Assembly: GCF_009914755.1 (NCBI RefSeq)
Contig: NC_060928.1
Direction: 5' to 3' (one strand)
Length of the DNA: 64,000 nucleotides
From: the human T2T-CHM13v2.0 reference genome, Homo sapiens
Positions 1 to 12,786 of this stretch are shown piece by piece. A program made the translations under genes and the position numbers. The notes under the pieces were generated by a model. That model searched no databases and had not been told where the DNA came from. It saw nothing but the letters and a program-made list of their open reading frames with translations. Within the stretch, counting starts at the first letter, position 1. Each line of letters begins with the position of its first letter.

Positions 1-693
1 TAAAGAAAAGAAATTCCAACCAATAATTTCATATCCAGCCAAAGTAAGCTTCATAAGCAAAAGAGAAATAAGACCCTTTTCAGACAAGAAAATGCTAAGG
101 GAATTTGTTACTAAAAAACTTGTCTTACTATTGGTTCTAAAGGGAGTGTTCAATAGGGAAATGAAAGACCATTACTGGCCACACAAAAACACAGTTAAGT
201 ATGTAGATCATTGACACCATAAAGCAACTACACAATCAAGTCTGTATAATAACCAGCTAACAATATGATGACAGGATCAAATCCACACAAGTCAATATTA
301 GCCTTAAATGTAAACATGCTAAATGCACCCAATTAAAAGGCATGGAATGGCAAGTTGAATAAAGAAACAAGACCCAACTGTATGCTGTCTTCAAGAGACT
401 CATCTTACATGCAATGATATGCATAGGCTCAAAGTAAAGAGATAGAGGAAAATCTACCAAGCAAACAGAAAACAAAAAAAGCAGGAGTTGCTATTCTAAT
501 TTCAGACAAAACAGATTTTAAATGAACAACGATAAAAAAAAAAGACTTTATGTCATAGTAAAGATTCCATTCAACAAGACTTAGCTATTCTAAATATATA
601 TATGCACTCAGCACAGGGGCAACCACATTTATAAAACAGACTCCTAGACACCTGTGAAGGGAGTTAGATAACCACAAAATAATACTAGGAGAC

Positions 694-1080
694 TGATACA
701 GTGTGAATGTCTCCCCTAGATCTCATGTACAGATGTAATAGCATTGTTGGAAGTGGGGCCTGGTGGGAGCTGTATGGGTTATGGGGTGGTGAGAATCCCT
801 CATGGCTTGGTGCTGTCCTTGAAACAGGGAGTGAGTTCTCATAACATCTGGTCATTTAAAAGTGTGTGGCACCACCTTCCACCTTGCTCCCACCCTGCAA
901 TGTGAGATGCCTGCTGCCACTTCACCTTTTGCCATGAGTAAGTTCTTTTAGGCTTCCCCAGAAGCCAAGCACATGTTAGTGCCATGCTTCTGTGCATCCT
1001 TCAGAACTTTTAGCCAATTAAACCTCTTTTTATAAATTATCCAGTCTCCATTATTTCTGTATAGCAATGAAAGAACAAAC
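694..1080 (+). mobile_element. MSTA/MSTB-type ERVL-MaLR solo LTR nested in L1 ORF2
   Basis: Starts tgatacagt; contains 'gtggggcctggtggga', 'gagtgagttctc' and 'agccaattaaacctctttttataaattatccagtctc'. L1 sequence resumes after it. Confidence 0.85.
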
Positions 1081-2899
1081 ACCTTACTGATCAGTATTAG
1101 AAAAATCTTCAAGGCTGAAAACTACCAAAGATATTCAAGACATGAACTCAAAACGTGAGCAAATGGACCAAACATACATGTACAGAAAACTCCATAAAAA
1201 ACAGAAGAATATGAATTATTCTCATTTGCACATGACACATACTTGAAAATCAACGTAAAAATTGAGCCATCTATGACAAACCCACAGCCAACCTCATACT
1301 GAATAGCCAAAAGCAAATTCAAAAAAACTGAAATGACACTAACCACACTCTTAGACCACAGATAAATAAAAATGGAAATCTAGACTGGTAAGATCACTCA
1401 AAACTATACAATTATATGCAAGTTAAACAACCTGCTCCTGAGTTACTTTTGAATAAACAATGAAGTTAAGGTAGAAATCAAGAATTTCTTTGAAACTAAT
1501 GGAAACAAAGATGCAAACCAGAATCTTTGAGACCCAGCTAAAGCAGTGTTAACAGGAAAGTATATAACACTAGATGTCTACATCAAATGTTAGAAAGATC
1601 TCAAATTAATTAGCTAACCAGAAAAACAAGAGCAAACCAACCCCAAAGCTAGCAGGAGAAGAGCAATGACTAACAGAGGTAAACTTAATTAAATTGTGAT
1701 TTAAAAAACATTCAAAAGATCAGGGAAATTAGGCTTATTTTATGAAAGAATAGATAAGACTGATAGACCACTAGTTAGACTAATTTAAAAAAAAACAGAA
1801 GATCTAAATAAACACAATCAGAAATGACAGAAAGAAAATCAATGCCACAGAAATACAAAAATACCCCCAAGACCATTAAAAACACCTCTATACACACAAA
1901 CTAGAAAACCTAGAAAAAAATTGATACAATTCTGGAAATAAACAAGCTCCCATGATTGAAACAGGAAGAAGCTGAAACCCTGAAAAAGCCAAAACAAGTT
2001 CTGAAATTGAATCAGTAACTAAAAACCTACCAACCAGAAAAAAACCCTGGACCAGATTCACAATCAAATTCTACCAGATGTATAAAGAAAAGCTGGGACC
2101 ATCCCTACTGAAACTATTCCAAAAAAAATTGAAGAGAAGGGACTTTTCCCTAACTAATTTTATGAAGCCACTATTTTTCTGATACTAAAATCTGGCAGAG
2201 ACATGACAACAAAAGAAAACTTCAGGCCAATATCTTTGATGAACCTAGATGCAAAATTCCCCAGCAAAATACTAGCAAACCAAATTCAGCAGTACACAAA
2301 AAAGCTAATCCACTACGATCAGGTAACCTTTATTTATGGGACGCAAGGTTGGTTCAACATATATAACTCAATGAATGTGATTCATCATGTAAACAAAGGT
2401 AAAAATAAAAAACACATGATCATTTCAACAAATGCAGAAAAGGCTTTCAATAATTCAACATCCCTTCATAATAAAAATTCTCAACAAACTAGATATTGAT
2501 GGAACATACCTCAAAATAATAAGAGCCATCTATGACAAACCCACAGCCAACCTCATACTGAATAGCCAAAACCTGAAAGCATTCCCTTGAGAACTGAAAC
2601 AAGGCAAGGATGCCTATTCTCACTAATCCTATTCAGCGTAGTACTGGAATTCCTACCCAGAGCAATCAGGAAAGACAAAGAAATAAAAACCATCCAAATA
2701 GGAAAAGAGGAAGTCAAACTGTCTCTCCAGATGCTGTGATTTTATACTTAGATAACCCCATTGTCTTTGACCAAGAGCTCCTAGATATGATAAACAACTT
2801 TAGCTAAGTTTCAGGTAACAAAATTAATGTACAAAAATTACTAGCATTTATATACACCACCAACAGCTAATCTAAAAACCAAATCAAGAATGCAATCCC

Positions 2900-3638
2900 T
2901 GGTTCTAGATCCCTGAGGAACCACCACACTGCGTTCCACAATGGTTGAACTAACTTACATTCCCACCAACAATGAAAAAGAGTTCCTATTTCTCCACTGC
3001 CTCGCTAGCATCTGTTGTCTCCTGACACTAATAATCGCTCTTCTGACTCGCATTGAGATGGTATCTTATTGTGGTTTTGATTTACATTTCTCTAACATTG
3101 ACCCAGCAATCCCATTACTGAATATATATCTAAAGCAATATAAATCATTATTCTATAAAGATACATGCACATGTATGTTTATTGCAGCAGTATTCACAAT
3201 AACAAACACATGGAACCAACTCAAATGCTCATCAATTGATAGACTGCATAAAGAAAATGCGGTACATATACACCATAGAATATTATGCAGCTATAAAAAG
3301 GCATGAGATCATGTCATTTGCAGGGACATAGATGGAGTTGGAAGCCATCATTCTCAGCAAACTAACACAGGAACAGAAAACCAAACATCACATGTTCTTA
3401 CTCGTAAGTGTGAGCTGAACAATGAGAACACATAGACACAGGAAGGGGAACAACACACACCTGGGGCTGTTGGGGAAGGGGGAGGGAGAGCATCAGGACA
3501 AATAGCTAATGCATGTGGGGCTTAAAACCTCGGTGATGGGTTGATAGGTACAGCAAACCACCATGGCACATGTATAACTACGTAACAAACCTACACATTC
3601 TGCACATGTATCCTAGAACTTAACGTAAAAAAAAAAAA
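2900..3638 (+). mobile_element. 5'-inverted (twin-primed), truncated L1PA8-L1PA10-like element
   Basis: Antisense L1 segment 2900-~3095, then sense segment ~3096-3638 with 3' UTR and poly(A). TSD aatgcaatccc at 2889-2899 and 3639-3649. Confidence 0.9.
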
Positions 3639-3665
3639 AATGCAATCCCATTCACAATAGCCACA

Positions 3666-3700
3666 AAAATAAAATAAAACAAAATAAAATAAAATAAAAT
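3666..3700 (+). repeat. (AAAAT)n microsatellite
   Basis: Direct tandem pentamers. Confidence 0.9.
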
Positions 3701-5499
3701 ACCTAGGAATACAGCTAACCAGGGAGGTGAGAGATCTAGAAAAAGAAGTATAAAATACTACAGAAAGAAATCAGAGATGACACAGACAAATGGAAAAACA
3801 TCACATGCTCAGGGATAGAAAGAATAAATACTGCCTAAAGCAATTTACAGATTCAATGCTATTCCTATTAAACTACCAGTGATATTTTTTACAGAATTAA
3901 GACAAAACTCTTTTAAAAAGACAAAATTAATTTAAAATTCATATGGAATCTAGAAAGAGCCTAACTATCCAAAGGAATCCCAAATTAAAAGAATAAAGCT
4001 GAAGCATCACGTTACCTGACTTCAAATTATACTACAAGGGTACGGTAACCCAAACAGCACAATAGTAGTACAAAAACAGACACATAGATGGATGAGACAG
4101 AATAGCTAGCCCAGAAATAAAGTCACACACCTATAACCATTTGATCTTTGACAAAATTGTCAAAAACAAACTATGGGGAATGGACTTCCTATTCAACAAA
4201 TGCTGCTATGATACTGGCTAGCCGTATGCAGAAGATTGGAACTGAACCCCTTCCTTATATCATATATGAAAAATGAAGCCAAGATGGATTAAAGCCTAAA
4301 ATGTAAAACCTAAAATAAAAACCCAGAAAGAAAACCCAGGAAATACCAATTCTGGATGTTCGCCCTGACAAAGATTTCATGATCAAGGCATCAAAAATAA
4401 TTGCAACAAAATAAAAATTGACCAATGGGACCTAATTAAACTAAACCATTTCTGCACAGAAAAAGAAACTATCAACAGAGTAAACAACCTATAGAATGGC
4501 AGAAAATATTTGCAAATTGTGCATCTAACAATGGTCTAATATCTAGAATCCTTAAGGAACTCAAATTAACAGGCAAAAATCCAACAACCCCATTAAAATG
4601 TGGGCAAAGGGCATGAACTGATGCTTGTCAAAGGAAGACATACACATGGTCAACAAGCATATGAAAAAGTGCTCAGAATCACTAATAATTAGAAAAACGC
4701 AAATCAAAATCAAAATGAGATACCATCTCACAACCAGTCAAAATAGCTATTATTAAAAAGTCAGAAAATAACAGATGAAGATACAGAGAACAGAGAACAC
4801 TTATACACTGTGGGTGGGAATGTATATTAGTTTAGTCACTGTGGAAAGCAGCTTGGCAATTTCTCAAAGAACTTAGAACAATGATTCGACCCAGCAATCC
4901 CATTACTGAGTATATACCAGAAGAAAATAAATCGTTCTACCATAAAAACACATGCATGCGTATGCTCATTGCAGCACTATTCACAATAGCAAACACATAG
5001 AACCTAAATGCCCATCAACAGTAGACTTGATAAAGAAAATGTGGTACATATACACCATGGAATGTTACACAGCCATAAAAAAGAAAATCATGTCCTTTGC
5101 AGCAATATAGACAGAGCTGGAGGACATTAGCCTAAGCAAAGTAACACAGAAACAGAAAACCAAATGCCACCTTGTTCCATGTTCTCACTTATAATTAAGA
5201 GCTAAACATCAAGTACACATGGACACAAAGAAGGGAACAATAGACTCCAAGGCCTACTTGAGGGTGGAAGGTGGAAGAAGGGTGAAGATGTAAAAACCAC
5301 CTTTGTGTATTATGCTGATTACCTGGGTAACAAAACAATCATGAAGGTACACCAAATCTCCATGACATGAAAATTACCCATATAACAAACCTGCACATGT
5401 ATGCCCTGTACCTATAATAAAAATTGAAAGAAAAGAATGGTAACTAACATTTATAAAAAGTATCTTAAGTGATAGGCTTTTTCTAGTTTATTTTCTCAT

Positions 5500-5650
5500 G
5501 CATCAAGTCTTTGAGTCCTTAAATTAAACTGTAAGTTTGGTACTGTTATTATCCTCATTTTAAGGTAATGAAACTAAGCTACAGAAAAGCCACTTGCTCA
5601 GAGATGGAAAGTGGCAGATATAGGAGTCACAATTAGGACTCTGTCCAGTG
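5500..5650 (-). mobile_element. MIR fragment
   Basis: 'ttattatcctcattttaaggtaatgaaactaagct...acttgctcagag' resembles the MIR core. Confidence 0.55.
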
Positions 5651-5919
5651 TCCCTTCTCCAAACATTTGTGTGACACTTCCCTGATAGAACACATAAAAT
5701 GCTCCAGGGGGCTTGTGGGTGCATCTGCAAGGTGGAACTGTAAACCCCTGAAAAAAACATGATGGGAAAAAAGCAAGCCAATCTCACTCCAAGCCAGAGC
5801 CAGAGCTTTTCTTTATGCATCTTAATGATCATTCATTCTCATTAGGATGATACCATTCCATCCTTATACATTACCACACTAACACATGATTAATAGTTAC
5901 CGTTAGGCAGCTACCTCTC

Positions 5920-6456
5920 TGTGATGGTTAATATTGTCAACTAGATGGGATTAAAGGATGCAAAGTATTGTTCCTGGGTGTGTCTGTGAGAGTGTTTCCA
6001 AAGGAGACTAACATTTGAGTCAGTGGACTGGTAGAGGAAGACCCACCCTGAAGCAACTTATCTAATCAGCTGACAGCACGGCTAGGATAAAAGCAGGCAG
6101 AGGAACGTGGAAGGACTAGACTGGCTGAGTTCTCCAGCCTTCATCTTTCCCCCATGCCGGATGCTTCCTGCCCTCAAACATCAGATTCCAAGTTCTTCAG
6201 CTTTTGGACTCTTGGGCTTACACCAGTGGTTTGCTAGGGGCTCTCAGACCTTCAGCCACAGATTGAAGGCTGCACTGTTGGCCTCCCTACTTTTGAGGTT
6301 TGAGGACTCAAACAGGCTTCCTTGTCCTCAGCTTGCAGACAGCCTATGTGGGACTTCACCTTGTGATTGTGTGAGTCAATACTCCTTAATAAACTCCCTT
6401 TCATATATACATCTATCTTATTAGTCCTGTCCCTCTAGAGAACTCTGGCTAATACA
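5920..6456 (+). mobile_element. MLT2A2-like (HERV-L) solo LTR
   Basis: tgtgatggttaatatt...gtccctctagagaactctggctaataca; TG...CA termini; ~537 bp. Confidence 0.9.
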
Positions 6457-8224
6457 GTATCAAAAGAAACAAAACAGATTAACAATTACATTTCTTTCCT
6501 GGTGATTCTAATTCTAGATGGCCTTATTTCTGCAGTAAATTGCAACCTCAAAATATTGCATTATTATCCAATAATTGCCATGTTTGTGCATTACTATAAT
6601 TTATATAATACTCATTTTATCTTCTGGATTCAAAATGTAACTACTCAATTTCCGTCTTTCACTTTAAATTATGTTAGTTGTTTTATCTACGTCCCCAAAC
6701 ATCTTGTTTCTGACCAAAAATACCATAATATCTATAGTATCTATGTCATTAAATCATCAAGGATACAACTAAACAATTGAATTCATGTTTTTTTCTTCTG
6801 CATAAAATCAAGTATAACATCTAGATAATTTATTTTTCTAATGCAAGTATTCTGTGGCATGAGGAAATAGCCTTAATGTGTACATGGCTCCATAATTACA
6901 CAGTACATAGTAGTATTATAATAGTATTTACTAGTATTTTACAGGTATTCGACTTCATGTTTATTGCCTCTGTTTAGCACTCAATGGTAGCACTGAATAT
7001 ACTACCTCTTCTCTGAAATTTCAAAATATGTTTGATGCAGATTCTGTAAACATTTTTTGTGCAATATGTAGTTAAAACAGCAACAGAAAGCCTCAGTTGC
7101 AGCACCCACACGTTCTATATTGAAACACATACTGAAGATTTTAAGAATTCTGAAGCAATACTACCACTTTTCAAAAATGCCTGTGAGTCATCCCTGGAAG
7201 GCTTTCCCTTTCTTTTCCTAAAACTGTAATAAAATGCTAGTGAACTGACTTAAATGATGATCTGTATCCGTTATAATAATAATAATAAAAAAAACACTTT
7301 CAGAAATAAATTGAATGATATTTTGACCTGCCACACTAATGGAGAAAAGCATATGCCTTCTTTATCATACATCTTCCTTGAAGTATATCTTAAGGTCTCT
7401 TTGTCACTGGCATCAACAGCTGAAACATTAAGCTCTCTTGGCTCCTTTAGTAGGAAGATCCAGTTTGACCTAAGTCATTGAAGGTAAAAAGCGCATATGA
7501 TTTAGGGGCTCTAATGCAATAGTTAATAGCTCTGCTAGAGTAGCACATTTTATGTCCCCAGTCGATGCTTCCTGTTTCATTTACTTTAATTATCCAACAT
7601 TTTAGATACAATTCTTTTCATCCAACTTCCCTGTTTTCTTAGAGTTAATTGCTGCTCATAATCGTAGTACTGGATCATTGAGGAAGAAGAAAGTAACTAT
7701 TCTTTGAAGTCATGTATTCTTCCTGCTGATAGCAGAATTATTCCCTAAAGGATATTTCTAGCACTTTGTCCATTTCAGTTACAATTGTCTTCAGAGACAT
7801 GATTTCTATCACTTTCCCTGAAACATCACTTGACACATTATTCATTTAATGGGTTTTATGATTTTTTCCTTTTATACAAAAAACATACATTCCATTTTCT
7901 TAATTTCGTCTCACTTTTACTAGATATGAAACATAATGGCTTAAGTAATTTCTCTTCAATTTCTAACAACTACATTCTCTATGTAAGGTAGTGACATAAA
8001 ATGATCATAGTGTAATTTTTATCTATATCACATAATATTAAATTGGTTTTTCACCTATTTTATTATGAAAATTGATCTATATCTTAAGATATTTACCTTT
8101 CAAAAGCACCAAATAGTTGATTAATCACTGAGAGAAAAATAAGCAAAATATTTTATTGGATAATCACAGTCTTCTAAAATTTTATTTTTAAAAGTTAGTC
8201 ATACATTCACTTGGTGTAAAATAG

Positions 8225-8474
8225 AGAAGGTATCAGAAGTTATATAATCAAAATAAAATCCTCTCCTACACTTTGCTCCAAAAGAACTCATTACCCCAAC
8301 CAATTTCTCCATCAGTCTTTCAAAGATATTTTCTTACCTATTATCTATGCAAGCAAAACAAACACATGTATAAATATAATACATTACTATACACAAAAGA
8401 AATAATGAAACAAAAATGGTAGCACAAGATAAAAATTATTTTGCAACTTATGACACTTAATATATCATATTGGT
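8225..8474 (+). repeat. Source copy of a ~250-bp local duplication (second copy 10428-10671), within a probable old L1M relic
   Basis: By-eye alignment ~90% identical, with one 5-bp indel. Confidence 0.9.
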
Positions 8475-9796
8475 CTTTCTATATTATTGCTAATACAGCT
8501 GCCTCATTCTCTTTGATAACTAGTTCCAAATTTTTAGCACTAGAAGTGGAAAAATGTAGTCAGATTCTGAATTGATTTGAAGGTAGAACTGACAGGAACT
8601 TCTGGGTGTCAAGAATTATTCTAATTTTCTTAAAACTGGAAGGATGCAGTCACCTTAACCTAGATGGAGATGATTATAAGTAGAGAAAGAGCTTGGGAGA
8701 TGATCAAGAGCTTAGGTTTGAACATGTTAACTTTGCTATACATATTAGGCTTCATAAATATATATACTTATATATTTAAGAAATTTTACATCTACTTCCA
8801 TTTTATTAAGAGTTTTCATCCATAATTGATGTCGAGTTTCATCAAACATTGGTCCTAAATTTATGGAGAGGCAGATAGGAATTATTGGTTATTTTAAACA
8901 GTCTGATTATCCGTTCCATATAATCAACATCGTGATTATCTAATAACTTAATGGGATTTTTAAATGGTAGCTCTTTTCTGGAGTTTCTATATTGGAGATT
9001 GATATGTATATAGCAAAAAGCTGCATATCCATAATTATTCAGGAAGGCTATTGTGTTGTTTCATTACGGAAACAATCTCATTCTATTATCTATGTTGTGC
9101 CTGGAGTGGAACTCAGAGGACCTGATTTTAAATTTGTCTGTTTTTCTACATTACCACATGAGAATATAAAAGCAGATCAGATGTAAATACTGATCACCAA
9201 TGACTTTATAATTTGAAAGTAACCTATTGATTAGTGTGTGCTTGCCCAAACTATCTTTTGCATGTTAGGCATAAAATTCTAAGCAGAGACATCCTCGTTG
9301 ATGACTATTCACAGCATTGCTAGAGTCACTGTTCTTGCCCAGAGTTAGTACAATGTAGTACCTCATACAAACCAAACGTTTTCAGATGGGATTCTTCATT
9401 TTTTCTTGTCCTAGGACTTCTGGTTGCTGCTGCTATTTCAAACACTGTCAAGGACCTCCATTATAATCAGCCACCTCCTGCTGAGGACTTCTCCCCTCAA
9501 ACCAGCACTCAATTCATCCAGACAAGACTTTTAGCTGAGACATCTGTGGTCTACAATGGAATGAAACCAGAATCAACAATCTGGTTAAACTGCACAGCCT
9601 GTCTCATTTATATATGGTTATTTTGGTGCACATTTGAGCTTTCTTTGATTTGCAAAGTGAAAATGCCAACTTTTTGATTATTAATATATTTCAATTATTT
9701 TATAATAAGAAGAAATTATGTATGTGCTATTTATGGGCTAATAAAAATCTCAGCTGAGGTGAAAAGATGAGCAACTGGACAGATTAAACTGAAACT

Positions 9797-10770
9797 TTCT
9801 TTTTAAAAAGTTTAATTGTATGTATTTAAGATGTACAACATGATATACATCGAGATAATAAAATGGTTACTGCAGTCAAGCAAATTAACATATTCCTCCT
9901 CTCACATAGTTAACCCCTTTTTATGTGGCCAGGGCACCTATAATCTACTCTTTAAGCATTAAACATCCCAAGTACAATACCGTATGTATTATTAACTATA
10001 GTCCTCATTTTGTACATTAGATCTCTGTACTTGTTCACCCTACATATCTGGTACTTTGTGTCCTTTGACCTACATCTCCCATTTTTTTCCCTATGCACTC
10101 CTATTCCTGATTACCACTGCTTTATTCTCCATCTCTGTGTATTCAACTTTTTTTTAAGATTCTACATGTGAGATCATGCAGTAGTTTTCTTTCTGTGTGT
10201 GTCTTAATTCGCTTAGCATATTCATCCATATTCATCCATATTGCGGCAAATTGCTCCTACACTGTAGGTGGGAATGGAGATTAGTGCAGCCATTGTGGAA
10301 AACATTATGGTAGTTCCTAAAGAAATTACAGATAGAATTACCATATGACTCGGCAGCCCCTTTTCTGGCTATATACCCAGAGGAAATAAAATCACTACCT
10401 TGTAAAAGTATTTGTATTCCCATGTTCAGAAGGTACCAGAAGTTATATAATCAAAATAAAAGTCTCTCCCACACTTTGTCCCCAAGATCTCATTACTCCA
10501 ACCAATATCTCCATCAGTTTTTTAAAGATATTTTCTTACCTATTATGTATGCAAGCAAAACAAACACATGTATAAATATAATAAATTACTATACAAAAAA
10601 GAAATAATGAAACAAATAGCACAAGACAAAAATTATTTTGCAACTTACTACACCTAATATATCGTATTGGTGTATGTCAAATATACATCATTTCTTTATC
10701 CATTTGTTCACAACACATTATATATACATATAGAATGGAATGGTATTAATCCCTTAAAAAGAATTTTAAA
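9797..10770 (-). mobile_element. L1MA-type 3' end, fragmented and partly inverted
   Basis: Antisense L1MA 3' UTR 9797-~10250; sense fragment ~10252-10428 (ORF track MGIQILLQGSDFISSGY on minus); short L1 fragments 10670-10770. Confidence 0.75.
10428..10671 (+). repeat. Second copy of the 8225-8474 segment, embedded between L1 fragments
   Basis: Shares e.g. 'atgcaagcaaaacaaacacatgtataaatataata' exactly with the 8.3-kb copy. Confidence 0.9.
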
Positions 10771-10831
10771 TCAAAACTTTCTTGAGGCCGTCTCAGCATA
10801 TATCCAATCAGTAGATACTCAGTTTAAAGTT

Positions 10832-10950
10832 AAGAGGAGGAAGAGGAAATAACAGGAGAAAAGAAGAATAAGGAGGAAGAGAAAAGACAGAGGAAGAGTG
10901 AGGAGTGGAAAGAAAGTAGGAGGAAGGGAAAGGTGAAGAAAGGAAATAAA
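10832..10950 (+). repeat. GA-rich polypurine low-complexity tract
   Basis: Almost entirely A/G. Confidence 0.8.
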
Positions 10951-11496
10951 AATGGCACAGAGTGATATAAAACATATTCTGCTCCATTTATAGAATCTAC
11001 ATTTTCTGCATCTACCAGCATTAGAGAGGAAAGTTGGACATTAACATGGAAATGTTTTTCCTCATAAACCCAGTATCCAATTTGTATTGGCTATAGACAT
11101 TAAGTTAGGTCATTTATTAATGCTTTATTTTCAATTCTCTTTTGTTCTTGCATCTGCTTTTGTATGAACAAAGCCTGCACTGTAATCAGTTCTGTCCTCA
11201 GTTTTCTTAGTAGACTCATAAACAATAATTCTGGAATACTAAAATAATACTACATATTTTTTAAAATCACTAAGTGCCTTCCAAACAGTTGCTTTCAGTG
11301 TATTCTCAGGCACATAACAACAACAAAAAAATACATTTGATTTACTACCTTTTTGTTTTTATTTTGTTGATATTTATCAAATTTTAAACATGATGCCAAA
11401 AATAATGATATCTTTATAGTTATAAACTCTACTTAGGGAAAAATTTCTGATGGTAAAAGTATAAATCAGAAAATTTGCCTACTGAGATTTCTTTTT

Positions 11497-11780
11497 TGAG
11501 ACAGAGTCTCACTCTGTCATCCAGGCTGGAGTGCCATGACATGATCTGTGCTCACTACAACCTTCACATACCAGGTTCAAGAGATTCTCCTGCCTTAGCC
11601 TCCCAAGCAACTAGGATTACAGGTGTCCGCCACCATGTCCAGCTAATTTTTTGTATTTTTAGCAGATATGGGGTTTCACCATGTTGGCCAGGCTGGTCTC
11701 AAACTCCTGACCTCAAGTGATCACCCAGCCTCAGCCTCCCAAAGTGCTGGGATTACAGCTGTGAGCCACTGCACCTGGCT
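11497..11780 (-). mobile_element. AluS-family element
   Basis: Dimeric Alu; TSD agatttcttttt at 11485-11496 and 11782-11793. Confidence 0.95.
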
Positions 11781-11804
11781 AAGATTTCTTTTTGAAAAAG
11801 AAAT

Positions 11805-12014
11805 TTTCACATGCATCTGTGTGAAGAGACCACCAAACAGGCTTTGTGTGAGCAATAAAGCTTTTTAATCACCTGGGTGCAGGCGAGCTGAGTCCAAAAA
11901 GAGAGTCAGTGAAGGGAGATAGGGGTGGGGCCATTTTATAGGATTTAGGGGGGTAGTGGAAAATTACAGTCAAAGGTGTGTTCTCTTATGGGCAGGGGCG
12001 GGGGTCACAAGGTG
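11805..12014 (-). mobile_element. Partial 3' LTR7 (upstream half of U3 missing)
   Basis: Aligns with 14485-14696 and joins pol sequence directly at ~12014/12015. Confidence 0.9.
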
Positions 12015-12450
12015 ACCTGAACTAACCTGTAAGACTTGTCTGGTTTTTTGGACAGGTAAAACGGGGGAATTATAAGGAGAGTTTATAGGCTTTAAAAGGC
12101 CATGCTGTAACAGGTGAGTGATAACAGGCTTTAATCCTTTTAAAGCATGCTGTGGGATGGGATATTGGCATTGAGAGGGGTAAGGGTGATTAGGTTTTAA
12201 TGGGATGGTAAGGGGTGTATGATTGGTCACCAAGGAGGGAGTAGAGGTGTCCTATACTTGTGGATTAAGGTGGGGAGATACAAGGAGAGGATGTGAAAGA
12301 GGCTTTTTACTGGGGAAAAGGGTGGTGATGAGGTGTGGTCGTAGCCTAGGAATAGTCAGGGAAGCAGATAACTTAGTTAAAATGTCTCGACCTAATAAGG
12401 GAGCTAGGCAGGTGGGGATAACTAAAAAGGAGTGCATAAAAGAATGTTGT
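12015..12450 (-). pseudogene. pol: HERV-H protease C-terminus and RT N-terminus remnants
   Basis: Peptides HSFLVIPTCLAPLLGRDILTKL (protease LLGRD motif) and QYPIPQHALKGLKPVITHLLQHGLLKPINSPYNSPVLPVQK. Confidence 0.85.
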
Positions 12451-12786
12451 CCTAGTTGGCATCAGAGTTGGGGAGTTTTAAGAGGTTTAGGAGCCTGGCC
12501 GTCAATACCCACAACAGTTATGGACGCAAGGGAAATAGGCCCTTGAAAAGAAGGTAATGTGGAGTGGGTAGCCTCCATATTGATTAAGAAGGGGACGGGC
12601 TTACCCTCCATTGTAAGAGTTACCCAAAGCATCTGTGATGGTCCAGGAGGCTTCCAAGGTGATCAGGCAGCACCAGTCTTCAGCTGTTAAGCTGAGAAGA
12701 TCTGGGAAGAGGTCAGTCAGAGAGCCTTGGGCCAGAGTTCCAGGGGCTCTGGGAGTGGCTGCCGGGTGATTTGGACAGTCTGATTT

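Larger units (their letters stand above)
1..5432 (+). mobile_element. Old LINE-1 (L1PA15/L1PA16-like): ORF1 end, decayed ORF2 and 3' UTR, interrupted by two nested insertions
   Basis: ORF2 start region (atgacaggatcaaatccacac, ~268). RT-domain peptide [15 protein letters not shown] at 2203-2499. 3' UTR 'ggcctacttgagggtggaaggtgg...aacaaacctgcacatgt...aataaaa' ends ~5430. Many stops and frameshifts. Confidence 0.9.

Noticed and set aside
7250-7780. Repeat-free stretch with TAAT-rich motifs, possibly a conserved enhancer
   Set aside because: Cannot be supported without cross-species alignment.
11475-11868. Alu-derived ORFs (also at 23.5, 37.5, 49.7, 55.4 and 63.1 kb)
   Set aside because: Standard Alu translation artefacts (LECSG..., GFHHVGQAG...).
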